The position numbers and the translations under genes were made by a program. From Candidatus Kaiserbacteria bacterium (GTDB lineage Bacteria; Patescibacteriota; Minisyncoccia; Phycocordibacterales; UBA918), in contig JACQKD010000008.1 of assembly GCA_016204695.1 (NCBI GenBank), forward strand, positions 33,178-97,177: 64,000 bases of DNA. Direction: 5' to 3'. The notes below the pieces were generated by a model. It made no database searches and was not told the origin of the DNA. It was given only the letters and a program-made list of their open reading frames with translations. Of this stretch, positions 20,349 through 29,341 are shown one piece after another; the first letter of the stretch is position 1, and every line of letters starts with the position of its first letter.

Positions 20349-20879
20349 ATGAAACAACTTGATCCCAAGGCAGTCTGGCTATTCTTTTTCAGTTTCGTTT
20401 TACGTTCGTTTCTTCCGATTATCCTCTTGAGCTTCTGGGGCATGGCGTTCCTCGCCGATCTTGGCGAAAATATAGATACTGGAGAAATCTCGTTCGACTT
20501 TTTGAATTGGTTCTGGATCATTGCTCCGGCCTTCCTGATCTTGTGTTTTGTCTGGGCAAAGCTTACCTATCGCTTTTACCGCTACGAACTGACCGACGCG
20601 GGTTTTCGAAAAGAGCTTGGAGTCATATACAAGAAATACGTCACCATCCCGTATGATCGAATCCAAAACGTCGACATATACCGCGGTATCATAGCTCGGA
20701 TCCTCGGGTTGTCCGATCTCAATATCCAAACCGCCGGTATGAGCGCAACGGTCGGACAGTATGGTGTATTCGGCGGCGGTTCCGAGGGGCGGCTTCCGGC
20801 ACTCTCTCATGAAGATGCCGAGCGTCTCCGTGACGAGCTGATCCTACGCGCTCGTCAAACGCGGCAACAAGGACTCTGA
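20349..20879 (+). CDS. Membrane protein with bacterial PH domain (YdbS-like)
   Basis: Two TMs then YRYELT..TIPYDRIQNVDI..ARILGL..IQTAG. Confidence 0.8.
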   Translation: MKQLDPKAVWLFFFSFVLRSFLPIILLSFWGMAFLADLGENIDTGEISFDFLNWFWIIAPAFLILCFVWAKLTYRFYRYELTDAGFRKELGVIYKKYVTIPYDRIQNVDIYRGIIARILGLSDLNIQTAGMSATVGQYGVFGGGSEGRLPALSHEDAERLRDELILRARQTRQQGL

Positions 20880-20958
20880 TCCGGTTTCCGTGTGGTTGTC
20901 GTCGGGATGCGACAATGTATATAATCAGATTATACTTACTCATTAAGCTACGTTCATT

Positions 20959-21786
20959 ATGCAACCTTCATTTCACGACTGGGCGGGGGACAAACGGCTG
21001 AAAGGCCTTGTCTTTGTCGTCCTTGCGCTCGGCGCGCTTGCGCTTGTCAGTTATGCCTATTACGCCTATAAATCCTCGCAATATATCTACACCGGCCCGA
21101 CGACGATTTCTGTACGCGGTGTTGGCGAGGTGACAAGGGTGCCGGACATCGCAATGTTTACTTTCAGTGTGCAGGCGGAAGCCGAAAATCCCGAAGCCGC
21201 GCAGAAGAAATCCGCGGATGCGGTGAACTTGATCACCGCATATCTCAAAGAGAACGGTGTCGCGGAAGCCGACTATAAGACGGTAAACTACAGCCTGTAT
21301 CCGCGCTATCGTGACATGCCTGTCGTCAGCTCGACCGCGCCCGGATTGCCGATGATGGAGATCATGCCACCCGGCTATGACTACACCGAAAGTACGGTTG
21401 TCGGCTACACCGCCGACCAGGCCATTGAGGTGAAGGTGCGCGATACCGCCAAGGCCGGCGCGCTGATCGCCGGTGTGGGCGAACGCGGCGCGACGAACGT
21501 CAGCGGTCTGCGATTTACTCTTGATGACGACAGCGATGCCAAAGCCGAGGCGCGCGCGGAGGCGGTCGCGGATGCGAAAAAGAAAGCCCTGCAACTTGCC
21601 GACACGCTCGGTGTTCGGCTCACCCGACTTTCCGGTTTTTGGGAAGAGGATGGGGGCGGGTATCCGATGTATGACCAGGCGTACGGCGCAGAAGCGAGCG
21701 CTCCCAAAGCCATGGCCGTACCCGACATCCCTCCGGGCGAAAATACCATTACCTCTGCGGTTAACCTTACCTACGAGATTCGATAA
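20959..21786 (+). CDS. SIMPL/DUF541 domain protein
   Basis: TISVRGVGEV..PDIA, ARAEAVADAKKKA, PGENTITSAVNLTYEI. Confidence 0.88.
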   Translation: MQPSFHDWAGDKRLKGLVFVVLALGALALVSYAYYAYKSSQYIYTGPTTISVRGVGEVTRVPDIAMFTFSVQAEAENPEAAQKKSADAVNLITAYLKENGVAEADYKTVNYSLYPRYRDMPVVSSTAPGLPMMEIMPPGYDYTESTVVGYTADQAIEVKVRDTAKAGALIAGVGERGATNVSGLRFTLDDDSDAKAEARAEAVADAKKKALQLADTLGVRLTRLSGFWEEDGGGYPMYDQAYGAEASAPKAMAVPDIPPGENTITSAVNLTYEIR

Positions 21787-21804
21787 GCGGTACATTGGGG
21801 AATC

Positions 21805-21849
21805 GCGACACAAAACGCCTGCCGCTTTGCGGCAGGCGTTTTGTGTCGC
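21805..21849. terminator. Perfect hairpin, likely terminator
   Basis: GCGACACAAAACGCCTGCCGC-TTT-GCGGCAGGCGTTTTGTGTCGC. Confidence 0.7.
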
Positions 21850-21924
21850 CCCCTGCTTGATTGCCGGACTTCTATCTGGTATAGTATGCATGTGATCGCC
21901 CTTCGGGGCGTTTTTTAGAGCGCA

Positions 21925-22113
21925 CTGGAACCTATCTCAAAAATAACCATGGAAACAAAAAGTAAAAACCATTTCGCTGCTGCGACCACGCCCGCCCTGC
22001 GAGCACTCGCGCTTCGACCTCATCGTAGCTCGCTACGATTCGGTCTCCAGCGTGTCGTGTCGCAACGGGCGGGCGTGGTCTCGTTACGCGATTATTTTTG
22101 AGATAGGTTCTAG
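21925..22113. mobile_element. MITE-like nested palindrome upstream of secE
   Basis: Perfect 19-bp terminal IR GAACCTATCTCAAAAATAA / TTATTTTTGAGATAGGTTC, inner IR GACCACGCCCGCCC / GGGCGGGCGTGGTC. Confidence 0.75.
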
Positions 22114-22137
22114 CACCACTTCCTGTATACTTTCACT

Positions 22138-22323
22138 ATGCAACAGTTGATCAATTATCTCAAAGATACCCGGGCGGAGTTCCGGCATGTCACCTGGCCC
22201 ACCCAAAAGCAAGCGGTGGTGTACACCGCGCTGATCATCGGCATCTCCATTGCTGTCGCACTTCTCCTCGGCGTATTCGATTATCTCTTCACGTGGATAC
22301 TCGACTGGTTTATCGGCGTATAG
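22138..22323 (+). CDS. secE: Preprotein translocase subunit SecE
   Basis: YLKDTRAEFRHVTWPT plus one TM; upstream of nusG. Confidence 0.93.
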   Translation: MQQLINYLKDTRAEFRHVTWPTQKQAVVYTALIIGISIAVALLLGVFDYLFTWILDWFIGV

Positions 22324-22342
22324 CGGGACGGATTTTTATATT

Positions 22343-22888
22343 ATGGCAAAACAACTTGGCAACGAAGAACGGCATTGGTATGCGATTCACACGTACTCCG
22401 GCTACGAGAACGCGGTCGCCAGAAACCTGCGCCAGCGCATCGAGTCTCTGGGCATGCAAGACAAGATTTTTGAAGTGGTGGTACCGACCGAGAAGCGGAT
22501 CGTGGTCAAGGGCGGGAAAAGAGTGACGGAAGAGGAACGAATCTATCCCGGGTACGTACTCGTTGACATGATCGTCACCGATGATTCATGGTACGCGGTG
22601 CGCAACACCCCACGAGTGACCGGCTTTGTCGGTAGCGGGACTCAGCCGGTGCCGCTTGATCCGAAAGAGCTCTCCGAGCTCATGAGCCGTATGCAGACCG
22701 ATACCGTCAAGCACAAGATCGACTTTGCGGTCGACGACCAGGTCATCATCACCGACGGTCCCTTCCGAGAGCTTGAAGGCCGGATCGGGGAAGTCGACGA
22801 GAATCGCGGCAAGGTCAAGGTGCTCGTCTCGATGTTCGGCCGCGACACGCCGGTTGAACTCGATTTCTTACAAGTTAAAAAGTCCTAG
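22343..22888 (+). CDS. nusG: Transcription termination/antitermination factor
   Basis: WYAIHTYSGYE, YPGYVLV, VRNTPRVTGFVG, KOW domain, FGRDTPVEL. Confidence 0.97.
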   Translation: MAKQLGNEERHWYAIHTYSGYENAVARNLRQRIESLGMQDKIFEVVVPTEKRIVVKGGKRVTEEERIYPGYVLVDMIVTDDSWYAVRNTPRVTGFVGSGTQPVPLDPKELSELMSRMQTDTVKHKIDFAVDDQVIITDGPFRELEGRIGEVDENRGKVKVLVSMFGRDTPVELDFLQVKKS

Positions 22889-23015
22889 CGTACATCCCAA
22901 AATCTTCATCTGCGTTGTTGCGGGGTCCCCTGCGTCTCGGTCGCCGTATTGTCCATACGTCTTCCTCGCCGCTTTCCCCGCGCCTAGCAGCTGAAAGATT
23001 TTTGGACATACGCTA
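22886..23015. mobile_element. Family B MITE-like element on the nusG stop
   Basis: IR TAGCGTACATCCCAAAATC / GATTTTTGGACATACGCTA; core CATCTGCGTTGTTGCGG..GGTCGCCGTATT..CATACGTCTTCC..CCGCGCCTAGCA. Confidence 0.75.
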
Positions 23016-23047
23016 TAGATGATGTATAGTGGGCTGGAAATTCACAT

Positions 23048-23470
23048 ATGGCAAAAAAAGTCGTTAAAACAATCAAGATACAGGCCGAGGGTGGCAAGGC
23101 GACGCCGGCGCCTCCTCTGGGCCCGGTGCTCGGTCAGGCCGGGATCAATATCGGCGAATTCGTCAAGCAATTCAACGACCAGACCCGCGACCAGATGGGC
23201 CAGATCGTGCCTGCGGTGATCACGGTCTACGATGATCGCAGTTTCGATTTCGTGCTCAAGGTCTCTCCCGCGTCGCGTCTCATTCTCAAAAAGCTCGGTA
23301 AGGACAAGGGTTCGGGGAAAAATGTCGCTTCGCGCATCGGTACGCTCACGAGCGCGCAAGTCCGCGAAATCGCCGAAACGAAGATGGCGGACCTCAACGC
23401 AAGCTCGGTAGAACAGGCGATGAAAACCATCGCGGGTACAGCCCGAAGCATGGGGGTGGAAGTGAAATAG
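23048..23470 (+). CDS. rplK: 50S ribosomal protein L11
   Basis: [29 protein letters not shown]. Confidence 0.98.
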   Translation: MAKKVVKTIKIQAEGGKATPAPPLGPVLGQAGINIGEFVKQFNDQTRDQMGQIVPAVITVYDDRSFDFVLKVSPASRLILKKLGKDKGSGKNVASRIGTLTSAQVREIAETKMADLNASSVEQAMKTIAGTARSMGVEVK

Positions 23471-23481
23471 GAAAAACGATG

Positions 23482-23526
23482 CGCCCGCAATAAAACCGCT
23501 CCTCAAGAGCGGTTTTATTGCGGGCG
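23482..23526. terminator. Bidirectional terminator after rplK
   Basis: CGCCCGCAATAAAACCGCTC / GAGCGGTTTTATTGCGGGCG between convergent genes. Confidence 0.75.
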
Positions 23527-23925
23527 TTACCACGGCCAGTATCTTCGCATGGCAGAAAAACTTCCCTCGTTTCTGTCTCCTTCTGTGAGAATGGTATGGA
23601 TCTCTTGGGGCGATAGCAGACCATTGTACAGTTTTCCATTTATATACGTATGATAGTACGGCACTGTCGGCCCGGCCGATATTTTGTAATGGTAGATGCT
23701 GACAGGATTTCCCTTAGATTCTCCGGTCAATATGTTAAATTTCTGATACGAGGCATCGGAGGATCGCCCCATTTCTTTTTTTAGGAAACTGAGGCTCATA
23801 CGCTGTGCATACTTTTTCATCCGATGACGTTTAATTAGGCGTGGTCCGAATGTACAAATAATGATAATGCCTAAAAAGAGCAGTCCTTCGACTGTAGCTG
23901 TAAGTAAAATGTCTATCGGGTACAT
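23527..23925 (-). CDS. Hypothetical single-TM protein, AT-rich
   Basis: 132-aa ORF directly downstream of folA, N-terminal hydrophobic segment. Confidence 0.55.
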   Translation of the reverse strand: MYPIDILLTATVEGLLFLGIIIICTFGPRLIKRHRMKKYAQRMSLSFLKKEMGRSSDASYQKFNILTGESKGNPVSIYHYKISAGPTVPYYHTYINGKLYNGLLSPQEIHTILTEGDRNEGSFSAMRRYWPW

Positions 23926-23929
23926 ATTC

Positions 23930-24454
23930 TTAAGGGCGTTCCAGCGTTAGCCACTCGTACTTCAGCCCATTATGCTCTCGCGTCTCGGATTTCTCCACAA
24001 CCTTCGCAAACTCGCTGTAATCGGGGAAAAAGGTATCCGCCTCCGGTTCGTCATCGACGATGGTGAGGTAGAGCCGGTCCACAAACGGTAATACTTGCGC
24101 ATAAATCTCGGAGCCGCCGCCGATGTGGATTTCTTCCGCGTCGAGTGCTCGCGCTTTTTCAAACGCTTCCTTGAGGGAGGAGACGACGATCGCGCCGTCG
24201 TGCGCGTACGTCTTGTCTCTGGTTACCACGATGTTCGTGCGCCCCGGCAATGGCTTGCCTCCCGAATAGCCGAGAATTGATTCAAACGTTTTACGCCCCA
24301 TGATGACCGGATGTTCCATCGTGAGCTGTTTGAAGCGTTTGAGGTCGTCGGGAATATACCAAAGCAGTTTTCCTCCATTCCCGATCGCACGTCGATTTTT
24401 GCTGATTTGTACCGTAATGTACACTTTTGGTTTTTTATTTGCTCCTTTTTGCAT
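23930..24454 (-). CDS. folA: Dihydrofolate reductase
   Basis: AIGNGGKLLW, DLKRFK, IMGRKTFES, PLPGRTNIVVT, IGGGSEIY, ADTFFP. Confidence 0.95.
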   Translation of the reverse strand: MQKGANKKPKVYITVQISKNRRAIGNGGKLLWYIPDDLKRFKQLTMEHPVIMGRKTFESILGYSGGKPLPGRTNIVVTRDKTYAHDGAIVVSSLKEAFEKARALDAEEIHIGGGSEIYAQVLPFVDRLYLTIVDDEPEADTFFPDYSEFAKVVEKSETREHNGLKYEWLTLERP

Positions 24455-24543
24455 AGTATGTAGCCTTGGTGCAAGATTTCCACAGCATTATTTATTGGGC
24501 AGATCTGATGGTATAGAGGATCAACGCGAGGGAACCTTGGTAA

Positions 24544-24969
24544 TTATGGCGATTTAGAATTCGTTACCAAAACATTCTCATGCTTGCGACAGATAAGGTA
24601 AGCTACAATTAATCCAACCGAAATGTTGATTATAACAAAAGCCGGTGCAGCTATAAATTCTGCGCCGCAATGGCTTTGAGAATTTTGACAACCATTGATA
24701 TCTAAGTGGTAAGTTAAACCGATAACGACGAAAGGAAAAAGTGCACATAGCCCGCCTATAAGTGGTAACAGCCAAAAGATTTTTTTGCCGATGTTCATTC
24801 TGTAAAACTGTACTGAAAAGTACCAAAACGGGATGAGCAATATGGCAAAAAATGAGACCGCTACTGATCCAAACACCACAATGTCTTCAGACTGGTTAGG
24901 AGAATACAGTGAGACAAGGAACATTATCAGTGCGAAAATAAAAAACAAAATTGGAATTGGTGGTTTCAT
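24544..24969 (-). CDS. Hypothetical 4-TM membrane protein, AT-rich
   Basis: 141-aa hydrophobic ORF in an AT-rich stretch. Confidence 0.55.
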   Translation of the reverse strand: MKPPIPILFFIFALIMFLVSLYSPNQSEDIVVFGSVAVSFFAILLIPFWYFSVQFYRMNIGKKIFWLLPLIGGLCALFPFVVIGLTYHLDINGCQNSQSHCGAEFIAAPAFVIINISVGLIVAYLICRKHENVLVTNSKSP

Positions 24970-25032
24970 ACGGATAACCTTGATTGTACCATGGGCCGAA
25001 ACAGCACTCTTGAAACCTGATAAACTATAGAC

Positions 25033-25605
25033 ATGTTTTCAAACACTGTCTCTGTAGGTCGGGCGCTTGCGGTCGGCGGCGTGATTCTTGCGGTGCAGGG
25101 AGTCGTCCTCTATCTCTTCGGACAGCCGACGATGTGCGAGTGCGGATATGTGAAGCTGTGGGAAGGCGTGGTGCATAGCGTGGGCAATTCCCAGCATTTC
25201 TTCGATTGGTACACGCCGTCGCATGTCATTCATGGTCTCATTTTCTACGCGGCCCTGTGGTACTTCTTCCCGAAGATGCCTCTCTGGTGGCGACTCGCGC
25301 TTGCGATAGGTATTGAATCCGCATGGGAAATCGCCGAGAACACTCCGATGGTGATCAACCACTATCGCCAACAAGCGCTCGCGGCGGGCTATACCGGCGA
25401 CAGCATCCTCAATTCGCTCATGGACACGCTCGCGATGGTCGGCGGCTTCCTGCTTGCACGGCGCATTCCCGTATGGGCGGCCGTCGCGGTCGCCCTTGCT
25501 CTCGAGCTGTTCGTCGGCTATATGATTCGCGACAATTTGACCCTCAACGTCCTCGGCATGTTCTATGTTTTTCCATGGGTAACAGAGTGGCAGTCGGGAG
25601 GATAA
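25033..25605 (+). CDS. DUF2585 (UPF0314) membrane protein
   Basis: CECGYVKLWEG, NSQHFFDWYTPSHVIHG, WEIAENTP, YTGDSILNS, IRDNLTLN. Confidence 0.88.
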   Translation: MFSNTVSVGRALAVGGVILAVQGVVLYLFGQPTMCECGYVKLWEGVVHSVGNSQHFFDWYTPSHVIHGLIFYAALWYFFPKMPLWWRLALAIGIESAWEIAENTPMVINHYRQQALAAGYTGDSILNSLMDTLAMVGGFLLARRIPVWAAVAVALALELFVGYMIRDNLTLNVLGMFYVFPWVTEWQSGG

Positions 25606-25659
25606 GGACATTTTTCAGATACGGGTGCTAGGGAGTATACTGTTCCCACATTCTTGTAT

Positions 25660-26181
25660 ATGGCGATCAATGCGGGCATTTTCGGAGACGGCACTAGTTT
25701 CGAACATCGGTTCGTTCCCGATCTCGATCGCCTCGGCGAGATGGTGCAGTATTGGAAAAAGCTCGGTCTGCGCATTGTGCTTACCTCCGGCACGTTCGAC
25801 TTGTTCCATATCGGTCATGCGCAGTACCTTGAACGCGCGAAGGCGCTCGGCGACATACTGGTGATCGGAGTCGACAGCGACGAGAAGGTGCGTGCGCGCA
25901 AGGGGCCGACGCGTCCGGTTGTACCGGAAAACGAGCGGGTATTGATACTCGCGCATACGCGGCACGCCGACGTCATCACGCTCAAATACTCGCATCACCC
26001 CGGCAACCATCTCATCAAGCTCGTGTCGCCGGACGTACTGGTGCTCTCGAAGTCGACGAAGCATGACGACGCGGACATCGCGGAGAAGTCGAAGTACTGC
26101 GGAGAAGTCGTACTGCTTGAGCCGCAGGCGGAGACATCGACGAGCGCGAAGCTCCGACTCATCCAGATCAAAAGTTCTTAA
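25660..26181 (+). CDS. Cytidylyltransferase-like nucleotidyltransferase (RfaE-II/TagD fold)
   Basis: LTSGTFDLFHIGH, GVDSD, KGPTRP, TSTS. Confidence 0.85.
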   Translation: MAINAGIFGDGTSFEHRFVPDLDRLGEMVQYWKKLGLRIVLTSGTFDLFHIGHAQYLERAKALGDILVIGVDSDEKVRARKGPTRPVVPENERVLILAHTRHADVITLKYSHHPGNHLIKLVSPDVLVLSKSTKHDDADIAEKSKYCGEVVLLEPQAETSTSAKLRLIQIKSS

Positions 26182-27053
26182 TGCAAGACGCAAAGGTGAC
26201 AAACAACATAGCGGTCGCGTACATCCCCGTGCTTCATAAAGGATATGCGGATTTCCTGCAGGAGGCGGAAACGAGGGGAGCCGAGCGGCTGTACCTTATC
26301 GGAGACGATATTCTCGAAACGCACGAAGAGCTCGACTATATACACCGCAAAGACCGCATTCGTGCGATCGAAGCGGGGAAGATGGCCGAGGCGCTCGCAC
26401 CGCTCACCACGCTTGCCGTCTCAGTACTTACTGTTGAAAATGCCGTTGCACTTGGTGAAGAGAACGTGGGGGTGGTGACGCCTAGCGAAGACATTGGGAA
26501 AGTAGTGATACAAAAGTATTTCCCGAACAGCGAGGTGGAATATGTAAACATCTTCCTGCGCTTCAATCGGGAGAATGTCGACAAGGAAAGAAAAGGGGAC
26601 GCACCGAAGACAATCAAGGCATCAGAATTTCAAAAAAAGCTCTTTGGGGATGTGCTCGCCGAGGCGGACAAAAGCTTCGATTGGTGGAGGCAGGTCGGCG
26701 CCGCGCTGGTGAAGGGTGAGGACGTGCTTTTCATTACGCACAATGAGCATACGCCGGAGAAGCAACTGCCGAACATCATCGGCGATGCTCGCTCGCTCTT
26801 CAAGCGCGGTATCAATATCAACTACGTGACGACCGCGCATGCCGAAGCGGGCGCCATAGCAGAAGCCGCCAAGCGCGGCATCGCGACCGAAGGGGCGGAA
26901 CTGTACGTCACCGCCTTCCCGTGTCCGTACTGCGCGCGCATCATTGCAAAAAGTGGTATCAAAACAGTCTACTTCCTCACCGGCTACGCGGTCCTCGATG
27001 GCGACGAATTTTTCAAAGAAGAAGGCGTGGAAGTCATCCAAGTCGAACTCTAA
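26181..27053 (+). CDS. dCMP deaminase-family protein with extra N-terminal domain
   Basis: C-terminal HAE and PCPYC zinc motifs, RQVGA; N-terminal YIPVLHKGY domain; start overlaps upstream stop. Confidence 0.85.
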   Translation: MQDAKVTNNIAVAYIPVLHKGYADFLQEAETRGAERLYLIGDDILETHEELDYIHRKDRIRAIEAGKMAEALAPLTTLAVSVLTVENAVALGEENVGVVTPSEDIGKVVIQKYFPNSEVEYVNIFLRFNRENVDKERKGDAPKTIKASEFQKKLFGDVLAEADKSFDWWRQVGAALVKGEDVLFITHNEHTPEKQLPNIIGDARSLFKRGININYVTTAHAEAGAIAEAAKRGIATEGAELYVTAFPCPYCARIIAKSGIKTVYFLTGYAVLDGDEFFKEEGVEVIQVEL

Positions 27054-27062
27054 AATAGCAAT

Positions 27063-27086
27063 GGGGCGTCCTGTGATGGACGCCCC
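27063..27086. terminator. Hairpin between convergent genes
   Basis: GGGGCGTCC-TGTGAT-GGACGCCCC. Confidence 0.5.
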
Positions 27087-27091
27087 GTGGG

Positions 27092-27652
27092 CTAGGCCGG
27101 CACTTCGCCAGCCTCATAACGGGCGGCAAATCTCGCCGCCCGTTTCTGGTTCGCCTTTCGTTGGGCGGGATTTTTGTAGAGAGGGAATCTCACTTCTGCT
27201 CTCCTATTTGGCATGTAGATATTTATATGCCAGTGAGGAACTGTGCCGGCGTTGAGACTCATATCGCCGAAACGGTCAACAGTTGCCCCTCCTGCGAGAC
27301 GGTATCGCTTGGCAAGTCGCCTCTCGACCGTCCTCAGTGACCGCCATTCTGCCTCAGTTAGTTCCCATCGTGCTCGGATATGGCGTTTCGGAACGATCAA
27401 AAGTTGAAGCCTTAGACCCTTTCGTTTCAGTTCGGCGGGCACTTCCCATGCAAGGAAATATTTGGTCTCGGCTACAATTTTGTTGTAGTCCCGATCAACA
27501 TTACAGAATACGCAACGTCCTCTCTCAAAGTTTCGGCGCATTCGATAGTACTGTCGGTACTTGCGACAGTCCTCGAGACAGAACAATTCTTCCTCGCTCA
27601 ACTCACGTCTAAGCAAGTCTCCCGTACCTGGGAGAGGGATAGTCATCCCCAT
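27092..27652 (-). CDS. HIT-like hydrolase, degenerate triad
   Basis: CVFC, LLIVPKRHI, AGTVPHWHINI. Confidence 0.7.
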   Translation of the reverse strand: MGMTIPLPGTGDLLRRELSEEELFCLEDCRKYRQYYRMRRNFERGRCVFCNVDRDYNKIVAETKYFLAWEVPAELKRKGLRLQLLIVPKRHIRARWELTEAEWRSLRTVERRLAKRYRLAGGATVDRFGDMSLNAGTVPHWHINIYMPNRRAEVRFPLYKNPAQRKANQKRAARFAARYEAGEVPA

Positions 27653-27703
27653 GCAAGTCCCCTTTGCCTAAGATTTCTGGTCGGAAATCTACCAAGAACG
27701 CTT

Positions 27704-28174
27704 CTATGAAGCAACCTTCCATCCAAGCTTTACACGGATGGCGTCTTGAGATGACTCGTCCGTGTCGCCGACGATGAGGTGGGTATGGAGATGCTCCACA
27801 CTGCCACCGGTGTAATGGTGGTCGCCGAAACGCATGAAGAACGACCCTCCTTTGATGTCGTACTTCTCGACCGTCCAATTGATGAGGTCGAAGAGGTCGG
27901 CACGACTCTCCGGCGTGATCTCGGACGGGGAGATGACGTGCGCTTTTTTATATACAAACAGGAAGTGATATGTTGTCCCTTCATACGGACTCATGTTCGT
28001 CGTGAGAAACCATGAATCGGTTTCCTTGATGATCGGCTTCGGGTGGTATTTCTTGAAATGCTCGGCGCAGAACGGGCAGACGCCGTCTTGTTCAATCTGC
28101 GCCATCAGTTTTTTTTGCTCCTCCGTGCGCGCGTTTTCGTGGATAAGGCCGGTTTTTTTCGAAGGTTCGCTCAT
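27704..28174 (-). CDS. HIT family nucleotide hydrolase
   Basis: CPFC, GGSVEHLHTHLI histidine triad. Confidence 0.85.
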   Translation of the reverse strand: MSEPSKKTGLIHENARTEEQKKLMAQIEQDGVCPFCAEHFKKYHPKPIIKETDSWFLTTNMSPYEGTTYHFLFVYKKAHVISPSEITPESRADLFDLINWTVEKYDIKGGSFFMRFGDHHYTGGSVEHLHTHLIVGDTDESSQDAIRVKLGWKVAS

Positions 28175-28189
28175 ACAGTGATCACACCG

Positions 28190-29089
28190 TTACACCGCGA
28201 CCGGAATATCCCGCATTGCCTCTCCCGCCTCGTAGTCGGCAAGCTCGAAGTCCGTGTTGCGGAATGCGAAGAGGTCTTTGGTGGGATTGATTATCGTCAT
28301 TGTGGGGAAGGGCTTGGTCTCGCGCTTCAAAAGCTCTTCGACCAGAGGGACTTGATCGACATAGATATGCGCGTCGGAGAAGCTGTGGACGTATTCGTAT
28401 GCTTCGTACCCGGTCGCCTGTGCGATCATCATGGTCAGCGCCGCATACTCGATCATGTTCGACGGCAAGCCCACCGGTACATCGCAGGATCGCTGGAACA
28501 TATGGAGCGTGAGCTTACCGTTGATGACGCGGATATGAATCCATCCATGGCAAGGGCAGACCACGACCTTCTGCTGCTTTCCTTTGCCGCGGATTGTGTA
28601 CTGCGGCACCCACGGAGAAATAAAATGCGTGCGCAGATGCGGAAGCTCGTCTATTTGCTCGACGATGTTTTTGAACTGGTCGTACGACGCACCTTCTGCA
28701 GTGGGGAAGTCGTGGAATGCCGCGCCGTACGAGCCGGGGCCGAGGTCGCCCTCGGCGAGTCCGCGCTTCTCACACTTTTCTTTCGTAGCCCACGGCGTCC
28801 AAAATTTGCAACCGAACGATTCAAGCTCGGCGAGCGTTCGTGCGCCGTTGATAAATCCGATGATTTCGCCGACCGCCTGCTTCCAGAAACCCTTGACGCT
28901 CCGCTCGGTGATCATCGGAAAGCCGTTCTCAAGTTTGAAGTGGAGCGGTCGCGGGCCGATGAGTGTCAGCGCATCGGTCGAGAAGCCCACATCCTTGCTT
29001 TCGGCCCGCACGCCGTGCTCAAGGATGTCTCGCAGAAGATTTTTATACTGCTCGTCCGGCGTTCGCTCGCTGTATGGCCGCATCGTCAT
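28190..29089 (-). CDS. thyA: Thymidylate synthase
   Basis: GFPMITER, GDLGPGSYG, CPCH, FQRSCDVPVGLPSN, DAHIY; ATG 29089 lies 6 nt after TATAAT. Confidence 0.93.
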   Translation of the reverse strand: MTMRPYSERTPDEQYKNLLRDILEHGVRAESKDVGFSTDALTLIGPRPLHFKLENGFPMITERSVKGFWKQAVGEIIGFINGARTLAELESFGCKFWTPWATKEKCEKRGLAEGDLGPGSYGAAFHDFPTAEGASYDQFKNIVEQIDELPHLRTHFISPWVPQYTIRGKGKQQKVVVCPCHGWIHIRVINGKLTLHMFQRSCDVPVGLPSNMIEYAALTMMIAQATGYEAYEYVHSFSDAHIYVDQVPLVEELLKRETKPFPTMTIINPTKDLFAFRNTDFELADYEAGEAMRDIPVAV

Positions 29090-29210
29090 GATGCCATTAT
29101 AGTCGGTTTGTCCTGCATGCTCAAATCGGCTCAAACTACCCGGTTGCGTCGCGCCACAGGATCGGATACTCTAGAGATACTACCATGCTCCACAATCACC
29201 GCGTCAAAAC

Positions 29211-29300
29211 CTGGTCCGGGTTTATTCAGAACTTGCCTCCTGACCGATAGGGTGCGGGTTGCTTTGTGTGTCTCCTCCCGCCCTATCGGCGGGTTTTTGT
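29211..29300 (+). promoter_or_regulatory. Candidate riboswitch/attenuator
   Basis: Terminator CCCGCC-CTATC-GGCGGG-TTTTT (29277-29298) is mutually exclusive with antiterminator CCGATAGGG.GCGGG / CCCGCCCTATCGG. Confidence 0.6.
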
Positions 29301-29341
29301 TGTGTCTGATTTATTTCGCGCTCTCTTAAGCAATCATCACT

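Noticed and set aside
28190-29089. ThyA homologue as a dCMP hydroxymethylase (DNA modification)
   Set aside because: It retains the dUMP-specifying Asn (GLPSN) rather than Asp, and lies with folA and glyA.
28043-29329. Long antisense ORFs (428 aa here; also 44966-46126, 45663-46877, 48315-49595, 11845-12924)
   Set aside because: Shadows of well-supported genes on the opposite strand in GC-rich DNA, with no recognisable motifs.
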